Of a DNA stretch of 64,000 nucleotides, positions 1 to 10,299 are shown piece after piece. The number at the start of each line of letters is the position of its first letter. The first letter of the stretch is position 1. The notes beneath the pieces are model-generated. The model did no database searches, was not told the DNA's origin, and worked only from the letters and a program-made list of their open reading frames with translations. The stretch lies in assembly GCA_964548225.1 (NCBI GenBank), contig CAZJQP010000005.1, forward strand, positions 20,453 through 84,452, written 5' to 3'. A program made the position numbers and the translations under genes. Source of the stretch: an uncultured Blastocatellaceae bacterium. GTDB lineage: Bacteria > Acidobacteriota > Blastocatellia > Pyrinomonadales > Pyrinomonadaceae.

Positions 1-36
1 AAAGCTAAAAACGGAAAAACACAAAATTGGCAAAAA

Positions 37-2826
37 TTGAATGATTTTTTTGCCGAAGCGTCTGCGCTCGAAATATCGGCGCAGAGCGATTTTGTGCGAA
101 AAATTTCCGATAAAAACTTGCGCGGCGAACTCGAAGCAATGCTCAAAGCCGTCAAATGCGCCGACCAAAACGATTTTCTCAAAAAAGATGCTTTCTCCCT
201 CGGTGCTGATTTGCTGGTTAAAAATGAAATTCCGCAAACAAGGCAAATCGGCAAATATAAAATAATTAAAGAACTCGGACGCGGCGGAATGGGCGCGGTT
301 TTCTTGGCGGAACGCGAAGATTTCAAACAAAAAGTCGCCTTGAAACTCATCAAACGCGGAATGGACACGGACGAAATTATTCGGCGTTTTCGGCAGGAAA
401 GACAGGTTTTGGCGAAGCTCGAACATCCGAACATCGCGCATCTGCTCGACGGTGGAACGACGGACGACGGTTTGCCATTTTTCGTGATGGAATATGTCGA
501 AGGCGAAACGCTGACGAAATATTGCGAAAAAAATAACCTGAACATCGAAAAACGTCTCGCGCTGTTTCGCAAAGTCTGCGCGGCGGTGGCTTACGCGCAT
601 CAAAATCTAATCGTTCACCGCGACATCAAACCTTCAAATATCATCGTCAACAATGACGGCGAACCGAAACTGCTCGATTTCGGAATTTCGAAACTGCTTG
701 CGCCGAACGCTTTTGAAATGACGGTTGAAGAAACCAAAACGGGCGCAAAATTGATGACTCCCGAATACGCTTCGCCCGAACAAATCAAAGGCGAAACAAT
801 TACGACGGCAACCGATATTTATTCGCTCGGAGTTTTGCTTTACGAACTTTTGAGCGGTCATCGCCCGTTTGCCGCAAAAGATAAAAATTACGAAGATGTT
901 GTAAAAATTATTCTCACCGAAGAACCGCTTCGACCTTCGTCCGTTGTCAGCAGTCTATTATCCGTTGCTAAAGAAACTGACGAAAACAAAGAACGAAGGA
1001 CGAAGAACGAAGGAAAAAATCCAAAATCCAAAATCCAAAATCCAAAATCCTTAATAGGCGATTTGGACAATATCGTTTTGATGTCGCTTCGCAAAGAACC
1101 TTCGCGCCGATACAGTTCGGTTGAGCAATTCAGCGAAGATTTGCGCCGTCATCTTGTCGGCTTGCCGGTTTCGGCACGTCCGGCGACGCTCGGTTACAGA
1201 ACGGCAAAATTTATCGAAAGAAATCGAACAGCAGTTTCTTTTGCATCAATCGCGCTCATCGCTTTGCTCGCGGGTTTGTCAATCGCTATTTGGCAAGCTG
1301 CTGTTGCCAAACAAGAACGCGAGCGAGCCGAACGCCGTCTGACCGAAATCCGAAAATTGACCGCAAATCTTGTTTCGGGTTGGGACAAAAATATTCCCGA
1401 AACGCAAGTTACGGCAGAAGTTCGCGGACGAATTGCTGATATTTCGGCGGAATATCTCGAAGGTTTGGCAAACGAAATCAACGACCCGAAAATTTTGAAA
1501 GAATTGGCGGAAGCCTATCTCAAACTTGGACACGAATATTCGTGGGCGATTACGAATGCGGAAAAAGCGAAAACGAGTTTTCAAAAAGCCGAATCAATCG
1601 CCCGCCAACTTATCGAAGAAAACCCGCAAGATTTGGAAGCAAAAGACTTATTGATTCGCAGTTTGGAAAAATACGACGGTTATTTCGGCGAAAACGACCG
1701 TGAAGAATCTTTGCGGAATCATTTTGAAAGACTGCGTTTGAGCGAAGAAATTTACAACGCAAATCCGAATGACGCAAAAGCTCTCGGAAATCTTTCAAAC
1801 GCCGTTCATAATTGCGGCTGGATTCTAAATCTTCTCGGCAGACGCGAAGAATCTCTGCCTTACTATCGGCGTTCAAACGAACTTTACAAACAACGAATCG
1901 AATTGCTCGAACCAAAAGCGCAAACGTCCGAAGACCGCGTGAAATTAGTCTATTTTTACGGGCATATTGCGATGAATCAAGCCGAATTTTTAGACGAAAT
2001 TCCGAATGCGTTTGAAAATTTCCGCCGCGCTTCAAACCTCGCCGACGAAGTTTATCGTGAAAATCCCGAAGATGAAAACATCGTCATTGCCAAAGTTTCG
2101 GCACAGCGTAGTTTGGGTTTAATTCTGAAAAAAACAAAAGATTTTCGCGCTTCAAACGAAGCCTACCGCGTTGGTTTGGAAACGGTGCGAAATTATAATT
2201 CGCGTTTTCCGAACGGCTACTTTTTCCGTCAACAAACCGATATTTTGCTCGAATTGGCAGAAAATTTTAACGAACTAGGCGATGAAAAATCTGCATTAGA
2301 GTCTTTACACGAATCGCTTGCCGTTTGGAAAAAATATGAAGAACTGGAAACGCAAAAAAATTCGACGCGAAACGACGGATTTCACGCTTATCTATATTAT
2401 CTCGGCGGAAAATTGCTGACACGAATGAACAGATTTGACGAGGCAAACAAAATGTTTGAAGAAGCCGAAATTTACTACAAAAAGACTTCGGAAAACAAAA
2501 CGATTGACACCAACGGTAAGCGAAATTTCGCCAATCTTTATCTGACAATGGGTGATTTACAAACCGGCGCAGGCATTTGCAAATTTGCCGAATCGCCGTT
2601 CGGCGGCTTGGCAAATCAAAGCGTTTATTGCCCTTCGGAGATAAAAACCATTCCGACAAACGACCGCGAAAGAATCGCCAAAGCCAAAAAATATTACGAA
2701 AACGCCCTTGATATTTTGACCGAAATAGAAACAAAAAACCTTTCAATTTATCAAGACAAAGAAAATTTCCGCATCGCACGAGAAAAAATCTTGCTTTGCA
2801 ACGAAAAACTAAACAGCAAACCTTAA
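37..2826 (+). CDS. Hanks-type Ser/Thr protein kinase with one TM segment and C-terminal TPR-like repeats; TTG start in the track, and the reading frame is open to the window edge so the 5' end may lie upstream
   Basis: Kinase motifs GRGGMGAVF (Gly loop), VALK, HRDIKPSNI (catalytic loop), DFGIS, SPE. TM helix AVSFASIALIALLAGLSIAIW. Repeated A-x-x-Y/LG helical repeats in the C-terminal half. Confidence 0.85.
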   Translation: MNDFFAEASALEISAQSDFVRKISDKNLRGELEAMLKAVKCADQNDFLKKDAFSLGADLLVKNEIPQTRQIGKYKIIKELGRGGMGAVFLAEREDFKQKVALKLIKRGMDTDEIIRRFRQERQVLAKLEHPNIAHLLDGGTTDDGLPFFVMEYVEGETLTKYCEKNNLNIEKRLALFRKVCAAVAYAHQNLIVHRDIKPSNIIVNNDGEPKLLDFGISKLLAPNAFEMTVEETKTGAKLMTPEYASPEQIKGETITTATDIYSLGVLLYELLSGHRPFAAKDKNYEDVVKIILTEEPLRPSSVVSSLLSVAKETDENKERRTKNEGKNPKSKIQNPKSLIGDLDNIVLMSLRKEPSRRYSSVEQFSEDLRRHLVGLPVSARPATLGYRTAKFIERNRTAVSFASIALIALLAGLSIAIWQAAVAKQERERAERRLTEIRKLTANLVSGWDKNIPETQVTAEVRGRIADISAEYLEGLANEINDPKILKELAEAYLKLGHEYSWAITNAEKAKTSFQKAESIARQLIEENPQDLEAKDLLIRSLEKYDGYFGENDREESLRNHFERLRLSEEIYNANPNDAKALGNLSNAVHNCGWILNLLGRREESLPYYRRSNELYKQRIELLEPKAQTSEDRVKLVYFYGHIAMNQAEFLDEIPNAFENFRRASNLADEVYRENPEDENIVIAKVSAQRSLGLILKKTKDFRASNEAYRVGLETVRNYNSRFPNGYFFRQQTDILLELAENFNELGDEKSALESLHESLAVWKKYEELETQKNSTRNDGFHAYLYYLGGKLLTRMNRFDEANKMFEEAEIYYKKTSENKTIDTNGKRNFANLYLTMGDLQTGAGICKFAESPFGGLANQSVYCPSEIKTIPTNDRERIAKAKKYYENALDILTEIETKNLSIYQDKENFRIAREKILLCNEKLNSKP
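1014..1050 (+). repeat. (CCAAAAT)n heptanucleotide tandem repeat (about 4.5 units) inside the kinase linker, translated as KNPKSKIQNPKS
   Basis: Direct reading: aaaaatccaaaatccaaaatccaaaatccaaaatcc. Same family as 28196, 35165, 49304 and 63275. Confidence 0.9.
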
Positions 2827-2888
2827 CGAATCGGATCACGCTAAAAAATATCAAAAGGGGAAAACTCTTTAACAAATTCGCTTGGTTT

Positions 2889-4292
2889 TCATTTTATTCC
2901 GGTAAGTTTCCAAAGCTGTGCGGGGTCAGTGTCCGATGATTTGACCATTTCAACGACGTATCTGGAAAAAGTAACAGCTTCCAGAGATTTGCCGTCGCCG
3001 AGAGATTCGTTGGTCAAACGAAAATAATCTGCTCCGACCGGTGTCATTTTCCATCGTTGAGATGATGAAGCTCCCGATGCGGACATCATTACACGGTCTT
3101 TATTACTTGCATTGACATCTAACGCCTTGCCGTCTGCCGTCAGCGTATAAAAACCCGTTCCCAAATCGTTCAAATCCCATTGCCGATTGCCGGATTCACC
3201 CGATTTTACAATGAGCTTATCCTTGAATTCGCCGTCTTTGAGAGCCTGCAAAAATACTGTGTCGCCGTGTTGTTTATTGACGAGATAGAATCCCTGACCG
3301 GTTGGCGCGGAGATTTTTTTCCAAAGTTGTGCGTCGCCGTTTCCCGAATCTCTTATTCTCAAAAAATTATAATACTGCTTGGTGTATGAAAGCGATTTGC
3401 TATCACCGAGCCATTTATTGGTAATGCGGTAAAAATCGCCGCTGACATTCGTAATCGCCCAAAGTTGTCCGACATCTTTTGCCGATTGAGCCATTGAAAC
3501 GGACGAGTCCGAATTGTCGTCTATGACTTCGAGCGATTGGTTTTCGCCGAGTCCGCGATTAACGAAACGGTAAAAAGTTTTCTCGTTTGGATCGGGCGTA
3601 ATCTGCCATTTTTGAAAATTATTATCACTTGTTCCGACCATCAGAAAAGTTCTGTTTTGATTGTCGAACTCCAAAATGTTTTTCGAATCATTGGGTTTAT
3701 TGGTTAGAAAATAAGACTTGCTTGACTGCATCGGCGGGGCTAAAAAATAAACTGCAACGCCGCCGCCGATTAACAAAAGTAAAAGCAAAATTCCGCCGAT
3801 TTTGAAAACTTTCGATTTCTTTTTCGGTTCAATTTGTGCATTTGGCACGCTAAATATATCTTTCGGCGGATTATCGAATTTGGCGTTCGCCGGTTGATTT
3901 GAAGGTGGAACTATCGGCACAACGACTTGTGTTCGAGGTAAAGGAGTGTTTCCGCCGGTATTCGGCGCAGAGTAATGCTGTGTCGGCGGCACAGTTTTGT
4001 TTTCATTGGTATTCGGTGCAGAGTAATGTTGGGTCGGCGGCAAAGGTTTTTCCTGCGGGATATAAGCTGTTTGCGGCAATTCCGGTTGCGGTAATTCCGG
4101 CTTCGGCATTATCTGCGTCGGCTGTAATTCCGGTTTCGGCATCATTTGTGTCGCAAGTAATTCTTCGCGTTTCTTGATAACCGTTGCCACTTCATCAGAG
4201 TAATCATTAGAAGTTTCGGGAATTACAGTTCCGCATTCGGTGCAAAATGTATGTTTTGCATCATTTACAATGTTACAATTCGGACAAATCAT
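2889..4292 (-). CDS. Membrane protein: N-terminal zinc ribbon, Pro-rich repetitive linker, one TM helix, and a C-terminal region with five QxW motifs suggesting two ricin-B-like (beta-trefoil) lectin domains
   Basis: CPNC...CTEC zinc ribbon. TM GGILLLLLLIGGGVAVYF. QxW motifs QKWQIT, GQLWAIT, AQLWKKI, SQRWKMT, AQLWKLT. Confidence 0.6.
   Translation of the reverse strand: MICPNCNIVNDAKHTFCTECGTVIPETSNDYSDEVATVIKKREELLATQMMPKPELQPTQIMPKPELPQPELPQTAYIPQEKPLPPTQHYSAPNTNENKTVPPTQHYSAPNTGGNTPLPRTQVVVPIVPPSNQPANAKFDNPPKDIFSVPNAQIEPKKKSKVFKIGGILLLLLLIGGGVAVYFLAPPMQSSKSYFLTNKPNDSKNILEFDNQNRTFLMVGTSDNNFQKWQITPDPNEKTFYRFVNRGLGENQSLEVIDDNSDSSVSMAQSAKDVGQLWAITNVSGDFYRITNKWLGDSKSLSYTKQYYNFLRIRDSGNGDAQLWKKISAPTGQGFYLVNKQHGDTVFLQALKDGEFKDKLIVKSGESGNRQWDLNDLGTGFYTLTADGKALDVNASNKDRVMMSASGASSSQRWKMTPVGADYFRLTNESLGDGKSLEAVTFSRYVVEMVKSSDTDPAQLWKLTGIK
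3957..4059 (-). repeat. In-frame tandem duplication (about 51-bp unit x2) within the Pro-rich linker of the lectin-like protein (PPTQHYSAPNT x2). A second approximately 33-bp x2 repeat follows at about 4095-4160 (MPKPEL motif)
   Basis: ggtattcggcgcagagtaatgctgtgtcggcggcacag... repeated at a 51-bp offset with a few substitutions. Confidence 0.7.
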
Positions 4293-4309
4293 AATTTTCT
4301 AAATCTTTT

Positions 4310-4353
4310 GTTCAGAGTTACGCTTTTCTGTGTGTGAAACCGTAACTCTGAAC
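4310..4353. repeat. REP-like palindromic element, copy A: GTTCAGAGTTACG-N18-CGTAACTCTGAAC, a perfect 13-bp stem
   Basis: Perfect inverted repeat read directly. The same arms recur at 14691-14727 and 36110-36145. Confidence 0.7.
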
Positions 4354-4537
4354 ATTCTAAAGTTGGTCGGCTATCGTCTTATCTTTTTTAGGCGTGGGAT
4401 TTTTCTCCCAAGGTTCGCGTTGGTCGCCTGAGTAAGTGTCAGGATTGGTCAGATGCGCCGCCGTCTGACAACCTGATGTTAAGATTAAGAAGGTCAAAAC
4501 CAACATCAAACTTAGATTTTTCAGTGTCATATTTAAT

Positions 4538-5353
4538 TTATCTGCGATTCAAAAACAAATCGGATTCCGTTGGATCATTAAAATCAATCTGCAAGATTTT
4601 TTCATCATTCATAATTTTGTAAGTTCCTGACTTCTGACCGCTAGGCAATGTAATGATGACGTTTTCTTTGGAAGTAATCACATATTGCGCTAAAAAGTTT
4701 TGCGGTGCGCCGGTGCTGTCATAAAACTTCATTCCGCCGCCGTAACCTTTATCGTTTTTCTGCGCGGCATCGAATTCGACATAAGTATCGGATGCCAAAC
4801 CCATTTTTGTCGCCACAGCGGAATCCATATTCCATTGATGAGCAGAGATAATCCCGGCGGCTCTTTCCATTTCCGCGTTGCTCGTGCCCTTTCTCAAAAC
4901 CATCGGCTTATCGCCGCTGAGCGTAATCGTTTTGCCTTCGTCTGTGATTTTATAGTCGTAAGTTTTTGAAGAACCGGAACTCGCAGGTAAATCTTCTAAA
5001 GTTATCGTTTTTTCCGTGATAGTGTAATTATAAATATCCTGATTATTATTGCCGACATCAGTAACTTTTCCGGTGTATCCGTTGTCCTTTTTAGTTCCGT
5101 CGCTGAATTTCCAACGGACAAAACCGCCTGAAGAAGCCCGCGGGTCGTTTGTTTCCCATTCACCGGCAAAAGCCGCCGACGGATTGCTCGGTGTCGCCGT
5201 TGGTTTTTCCTCCGTCATCGTCGGCGTGCTTCTGCTGACTGTCTGATTATTATTATTGGAACTGCTTCTGCAAGCTGAAATAGCCGCCAAAAATGTGATT
5301 ACTAATAATAAATTTAATACTCTGTGCATTTTTACCATATTTTTTGTTGTCAT
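4538..5353 (-). CDS. Hypothetical lipoprotein (signal peptide plus ISAC lipobox). True start probably at an internal Met (MVKMHRV...)
   Basis: N-terminal hydrophobic segment followed by Cys. No recognisable catalytic motif. Confidence 0.55.
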   Translation of the reverse strand: MTTKNMVKMHRVLNLLLVITFLAAISACRSSSNNNNQTVSRSTPTMTEEKPTATPSNPSAAFAGEWETNDPRASSGGFVRWKFSDGTKKDNGYTGKVTDVGNNNQDIYNYTITEKTITLEDLPASSGSSKTYDYKITDEGKTITLSGDKPMVLRKGTSNAEMERAAGIISAHQWNMDSAVATKMGLASDTYVEFDAAQKNDKGYGGGMKFYDSTGAPQNFLAQYVITSKENVIITLPSGQKSGTYKIMNDEKILQIDFNDPTESDLFLNRR

Positions 5354-5397
5354 TATTTTTGCCTCTTACTTTTTTATGTTTGCCTTCGCACTTATTG

Positions 5398-6267
5398 TTA
5401 TTTCGTCTGAGTCATTTGAATCAGATTGTCGTCGTTAAGCGTTATGTTAATTTTTGAAGACGCATCTTTTATTTGAATTCCATTGGATATTTTGCCGTCT
5501 GTGCTTTCTTCTATACCTGCGACGACTGTTGTCATAACAGTCGTTGAAATTTTCCCTGCGCCATCCGGCTCAAGCATTCCGAGAAAACTGTGAACACCGC
5601 CGACCAATTCATAAATCAAAACGGTTTCATCGGTTTGATTGTAGAAATTAACTTGAACAATATCTTGGTTTTTGTCCAGAGCCTTGATTGAAGATATATT
5701 ATTATTTCCGATAAATGTGTCTTCCAAATTACCTTCATTTCCCAAGAGCGACTGACATTTGCCTTCATAATCATTATGTTCGCAAACCACGGCACGCACT
5801 TTACTACCGACTTTAATTGAAGAAATCGAGTCATTCGGAATTCCGAATTTGTCCATATTCGGTGATTGATAACCGATTTTATTTATCTTCACACAAGTTC
5901 CCGTGAAATTAGCGTCCGAATATACAAAAATTTCGGTTTCGGCAGGATTTCCCGAACAACTTCCGTCAGACGTTGTTTCGTTCGTTGTCTGATCGGTGTT
6001 TGTCGAAGTATTGCTATTTGCCGTTGTGTTTGGAGTGCGATTTTCAACGGGCGCGTTTTTTTCTTCCGTCAGTTTATCCGAATCAGGGTCAACCGTAATC
6101 TTCGCCGATTCATCGGACAGATTGGGTTTTTCCCGATTCACGGCTTTTAAATTCTTGTCCTCGCCCGGTTCCAGACTTTCGGACAAAGCTCGACAACCCG
6201 AAATTGTCGTCAAAAGCGCGAGAATAATAAAAACTTTTAATGTTTTTCGCTTATATTTTTTATTCAA
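5398..6267 (-). CDS. Lipoprotein with a low-complexity T/N/S-rich linker and a beta/gamma-crystallin-like (Greek key) domain
   Basis: ISGC lipobox. EIFVYSDANFTG...ISSIKVG...VCEHNDYEGKC resembles the betagamma-crystallin Y/FxxxxY/FxG...S signature. Confidence 0.5.
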   Translation of the reverse strand: MNKKYKRKTLKVFIILALLTTISGCRALSESLEPGEDKNLKAVNREKPNLSDESAKITVDPDSDKLTEEKNAPVENRTPNTTANSNTSTNTDQTTNETTSDGSCSGNPAETEIFVYSDANFTGTCVKINKIGYQSPNMDKFGIPNDSISSIKVGSKVRAVVCEHNDYEGKCQSLLGNEGNLEDTFIGNNNISSIKALDKNQDIVQVNFYNQTDETVLIYELVGGVHSFLGMLEPDGAGKISTTVMTTVVAGIEESTDGKISNGIQIKDASSKINITLNDDNLIQMTQTK

Positions 6268-6444
6268 TTTGATTTCTCCTATCGGCTCTAATTGGTTTGA
6301 GGTTGCCCCATTTTACTTCTTGCGACAAATTATAGTCAACCGTAATATTTAACTCGTGTCTTTTCAGAGAAGCGAGAAAAAGCGCGAGACGCTTTACGTT
6401 CTCGCGCCTTGAACCCGCTTGCAGTCAGAGATTTTCAATTAAGT

Positions 6445-6765
6445 TTATCCGCAACTGACATAATCAGTTGAAACATAACCGAAATGTCTGCCGAATTTAA
6501 TTTTAGTCCAATAATTTCCTTTTCTGTCCGAAACCGCGTTGTAAACCGGAATCTGGGTTCCGATTTTTAAACTTCCTATAATCTTCCCGCCCGGCGTTGC
6601 ACGAACGCGAAGTGGCAAATTATTATCTCCGATGATGACGCAATTATCTTGTGTCATCGGTGTCCATTCCATAAACATATTAGCTGATGCTGTGTGCGGC
6701 AAAATGATTATGCTGAAAAACATTGCTAAAATCAAAGTTGCTGTTATCGAAAGTTTCTTTTTCAT
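6445..6765 (-). CDS. Small secreted protein with a bacterial SH3-like (SH3b) domain
   Basis: Signal peptide. LPLRVRATPGGKIIGSLKIGTQIPV...GNYWTKIKFGRHFGYV resembles an SH3_3 domain. Confidence 0.5.
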   Translation of the reverse strand: MKKKLSITATLILAMFFSIIILPHTASANMFMEWTPMTQDNCVIIGDNNLPLRVRATPGGKIIGSLKIGTQIPVYNAVSDRKGNYWTKIKFGRHFGYVSTDYVSCG

Positions 6766-6852
6766 ATTTATATTTTCTTCGTTTTATTTTTAACTCACGT
6801 TACGCGGAGCGCAAATTTTCGATTTATCGCTTCCAACAACAAAAACCGGCAA

Positions 6853-7355
6853 ACTATCGGCAAAAAATATCCAACTATCGGCAAAAGTTGCTGAACTATC
6901 GGCAAAAACTGTGAAACTATCGGCAAAAACTGAGGAACTATCGGCAAAAGTTGCTGAATTATCGGCAAAGGTTGTCCAACTATTGGTAAAAGTTGCTGAA
7001 CTATCGCTGTAAGTTTGCTAACTGTCGCCTTAAGTTCACCAACTATCGCCGTAAATTCACTAACTTTCGCTATTAGTTCATCAACATTCGCCGTTAGTTT
7101 ATCAACTATCTCTGTAAGTTTCGGAACTTACAGCGATAGTTCACCAACTATCTCTGTAAGTTCACCAACTATCGCTGTAAGTTACTCAACTAACGCTGTA
7201 AGTTAATGAACTAACGCCGTAAGCTCATCAACATTCGCCGTTAGTTGGTGAACTATCGCTGTAAGTTGACGAACTATCGCTGTAAGTTGACGAATTAACG
7301 CTGTAAGTTGGTGAACTATCGCCGTTAGTTCACCAACTTACAGCGTTAATTTACT
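6853..7355. repeat. Non-coding array of about 24 tandem 21-bp repeats in two sub-families: about 7 units of CTATCGGCAAAAnnnnnnnAA, then about 17 units of CTATCGCTGTAAGTTnnnnAA, with one unit inverted
   Basis: Strict 21-bp periodicity counted directly. No spacers and no cas genes. The ORF-track peptides over it are repeat artefacts. Confidence 0.9.
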
Positions 7356-7592
7356 GCCGAACATTGAAAATAACTCAATAAACATAGGTATTTGACGAAC
7401 TTTCGCAAGTTTTAAGACCTTTTCCGCCCGACAACGCCGCAAATAATGCGAGATTTTACAGAAGAAACAGGAAAAAGAATAAAATACGCATCGCAAGCAA
7501 ATATTTTCGATTAACAAATTCGCAGAAATTCTCGTGAACTAAGCTAAAATTCCAAAATTGCGTAAGGTGAGTTTTAATTTAGTTTTCAAATA

Positions 7593-7643
7593 TTTTGAAT
7601 CTTGCCTTTAGACGGCTTTTCCGTATAAAGGCAAGATTCAAAA
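7593..7643 (-). terminator. Perfect 18-bp stem hairpin (TTTTGAATCTTGCCTTTA / TAAAGGCAAGATTCAAAA), 5 nt after the stop of the 7648-7953 gene
   Basis: Inverted repeat read directly. Weak U-tract only. Confidence 0.4.
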
Positions 7644-7647
7644 CATA

Positions 7648-7953
7648 TTAATTACAAGTTGTATCGTCAAGCAGAATTTCGCCTTGAACCCATTTTTTGC
7701 CGATTTTTGCTTTTACCAAGATAAGTCCTTGGTGCATATCTTTAATAGTCCACGAAAGCAAAGTTCCAGCCTTCAGCTTTATTGTTTTTTCAGTTGCCCG
7801 CACAAAAAAATTAGCATTATTTTTCTGAACTTTGCAGGTTTCAAAATTTCTTTCTGAAATCTCGTTGTTTTCTGCGCTCGTTATTTGAATAAAAACCATC
7901 GAAACCAAAATACAAACGGCTGTCGTTAGTCCGATAAAAAATTTATTTTTCAT
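7648..7953 (-). CDS. Small secreted hypothetical protein
   Basis: Signal peptide IGLTTAVCILVSMVFIQITSA. No known motif. Confidence 0.45.
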   Translation of the reverse strand: MKNKFFIGLTTAVCILVSMVFIQITSAENNEISERNFETCKVQKNNANFFVRATEKTIKLKAGTLLSWTIKDMHQGLILVKAKIGKKWVQGEILLDDTTCN

Positions 7954-8357
7954 TTTGTTTTCTCCTGTAGATTGGCGTAAAAGTCGCCTAAATCAAGGAA
8001 CAGACAAATTTGTCTCAACGGCAGTTATTTGTTTCCGTGATATTAATTTGCTTTGTTCACTACTTCATCCATCTAATCCTCATTGTTCTTTTAGATTTTC
8101 CTCCGCGAGAAATCTCAGCATCAGCTATTCTGTCTTCATTTTTATAAAAAACTACTTTTCTCGGCTTTCCATTTTTCTCCGGTTTTCGACGCTGTCCGCA
8201 TCTACTTCACTCCTCCATAAACTCGCTTCTTCCAAACTCGAATGCTTCTAAAAATCTCGCCAACGCATCAACGCGCCTGTTTCGATAATCTGCAAAATGC
8301 AGGATTGTTTGATACAAAGCAAATTGACGATTTGCTCTGCCGCCGTCACTCATATAA

Positions 8358-10223
8358 TTAGCGAATCGGTTCACGCAAAATAATTTCCGCCGTTTCACGC
8401 GCTAATTTTGCCGCCGCCGGATGCGTTTCGTTTAATTGCGCGACTTGTTTTAAGGCTTCGCCCGTGCGCGAGAGAAGCCGCACTAAATCACCTTCTTCCG
8501 CCTTTGTATAGAAAACCAAATCTTGCCAATCACCACCGCTCGCCCAAAATTCCGCCGCCGCCGCCGCCGAGAGATTTATTTCGTCCGCCGGAGCTACGCC
8601 CGCTTTGAATTCAACGCCGGAAACTTCGTAGATTATATTTTCAAATTCGGTCAGAATATCCAAAATTTTATCGGAAAGATGAAGTTCGCCGTAATTTCTA
8701 TCGGAATCGGCGGCAAGTGAAGCCATCAGTGCGGCAATATGTTTTGTTTCCAAATTTTCAAAAAGTCCGTGCCGCAGAGCTTCGCCGACAAGCAATGGTC
8801 GGTCAACGCGCACATCCGCGAGCCATTTGCCTTTTGCAGTAACTCTCTGCGCGGTAAAATCGAGATAACCGAAATGATTCAAAACCCGTGCGCGGCGTTC
8901 AAAAGGCAACCATATTTCGTTTCGTAAAATTTCTACATCACGCACCGTTTTTTCCAAAAATTCGGCATCTGAAACCGTTTCCCACAAAAGCTGATGTGCT
9001 TGTCTTTTGGCATCTTCGCTCAAATTTGCGGGTAGAAGTGTTTCAATTGCAGCAGTTAAAATCTCGACTGCTTCGTCCATATCGTCTTTGTTTGCAGAAA
9101 GTTTCGGTTCGCTCAAAGCCGGATTTTTGCCTTCGTGAATTTCGTCAAAAGCAAGGTCGAGCGAGCGTTCCTCCAAACGATATTCCTTTGCATAAACGCG
9201 CCCGATGTGCGGCAGAGAAAGCGTCGCGCCTTGTCCGTCTTCGCGCATTGCGACAACCTTTTCACCGAAAACATTCAGCACAAGAAAAAAGCGTTTCGAG
9301 TTGCGGCTTTTCGTAACGATTCTGCCGATTTGCACGTTTTCTCTGAGCCAATTCGTGCGAACTTCCGCCCGCGTATTCGGCAGTTTTTCCTGCAAACGTT
9401 GACGCGCATTTGCCAATCTCTCAAAACCTCGCACCGTGTCAATTGTCAAACCGAATTCGTTATTTTCGAGCTTCTTTACGATAGCTTTTCGACGCTTTTC
9501 TGTCTGCTTTTCAATCTGCGAAATTTGCTGCGCCGTTTCACGAAACGCAAAACTTTTTTCGGCGATTTCGCGCACCTGTGAGAAATTTCCGAAAGCGTCT
9601 AAAAGATTTAGCAAACTCGTGTAAGTTGCACGAAATTGACTGTTTAACGCATCGGGCGGCGATTTTAAAAGTTGTGCAATCTTTGGTGGATTTTGAAATT
9701 GTGCCGGAGCTAGAATAACAAAACCGACGTTATCTTTCCCACGCCGTCCGGCGCGTCCGGTCATTTGTTGCAATTCCGACGCTTGCAACGAACGCCAACC
9801 GTCATTTCCGCGTGTGTCGGCGTTTGAAATTACAACGGTTCGCGCCGGAAAATCAACTCCTGCCGCTACGGTCGAAGTCGCAAAAATCGCATTCAGCAAA
9901 CCTTTTGACATCATTTTTTCAATCAAAAGTTTCCAAGCCGGAATATGCCCTGCGTGATGCGCGGCAATTCCCGCACGAATCAGTATTTTCCGATGTTTAT
10001 GAGTTTTTATCTCAGGATTTTCCGCCAAATATTCTTCATAAATCTTCTGCCGTTCTTCCTGCTTGTCAATATCGGTTTTCTGTGATTTATCTGCGGCAAC
10101 TTCCGTCGCGGCTTCGTCGCACTTTCGGCGCGTCGGCATAAAAACAATCGCCGGCAAAAGGTTGAAATTTCTCAGCGCAGTAATTAATTTCGGCGGCGGA
10201 ATTTCGGGTAATTTGAATCTCAT
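8358..10223 (-). pseudogene. 5'-truncated Ski2-like / DEAD-DEAH superfamily-2 helicase: only RecA-like domain 2 and the C-terminal region are present; domain 1 with motifs I-III is absent
   Basis: Begins directly at the domain-2 linker (LLPAIVFMPTRRKCDE). Has motif V/VI-like TSTVAAGVDFP and QMTGRAGRRG but no GxGKT or DExH. Only 112 bp separate its start from the divergent sigma-factor gene. Confidence 0.5.
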
Positions 10224-10235
10224 CTAAAAATATTA

Positions 10236-10299
10236 AACCACGAAATAACGCGAAGAAACACTAAAAAAATCAATTTCTTTTCGTGCTAATTCGTGGTTT
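10236..10299. repeat. Hairpin repeat element E1 (AACCACGAAA...ACGCGAA...TTTTCGTG...TTCGTGGTTT), the left flank of the sigma/anti-sigma/CHAT module
   Basis: Homologous to 16214-16266 in the same orientation. It contains the inverted repeat AACCACGAA / TTCGTGGTT. Confidence 0.6.

Noticed and set aside
2267-2875. Long antisense ORFs inside real genes (e.g. 2267-2875, 15749-16423, 31104-31823, 23349-24289, 9135-9581)
   Set aside because: They lie opposite well-supported CDSs, have R/S/F-rich low-complexity translations, and lack RBS.
6723-7206. ORF-track peptides 6723-6914 (+) and 7015-7206 (+)
   Set aside because: These are periodic translations of the 21-bp repeat (YRQKL..., SPTIAV...). Other frames are closed and no start context exists, so they are artefacts.
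6853-7355. Possible CRISPR array
   Set aside because: The repeats are contiguous 21-mers with no unique spacers between them, no cas genes are nearby, and the unit is shorter than any known CRISPR repeat.
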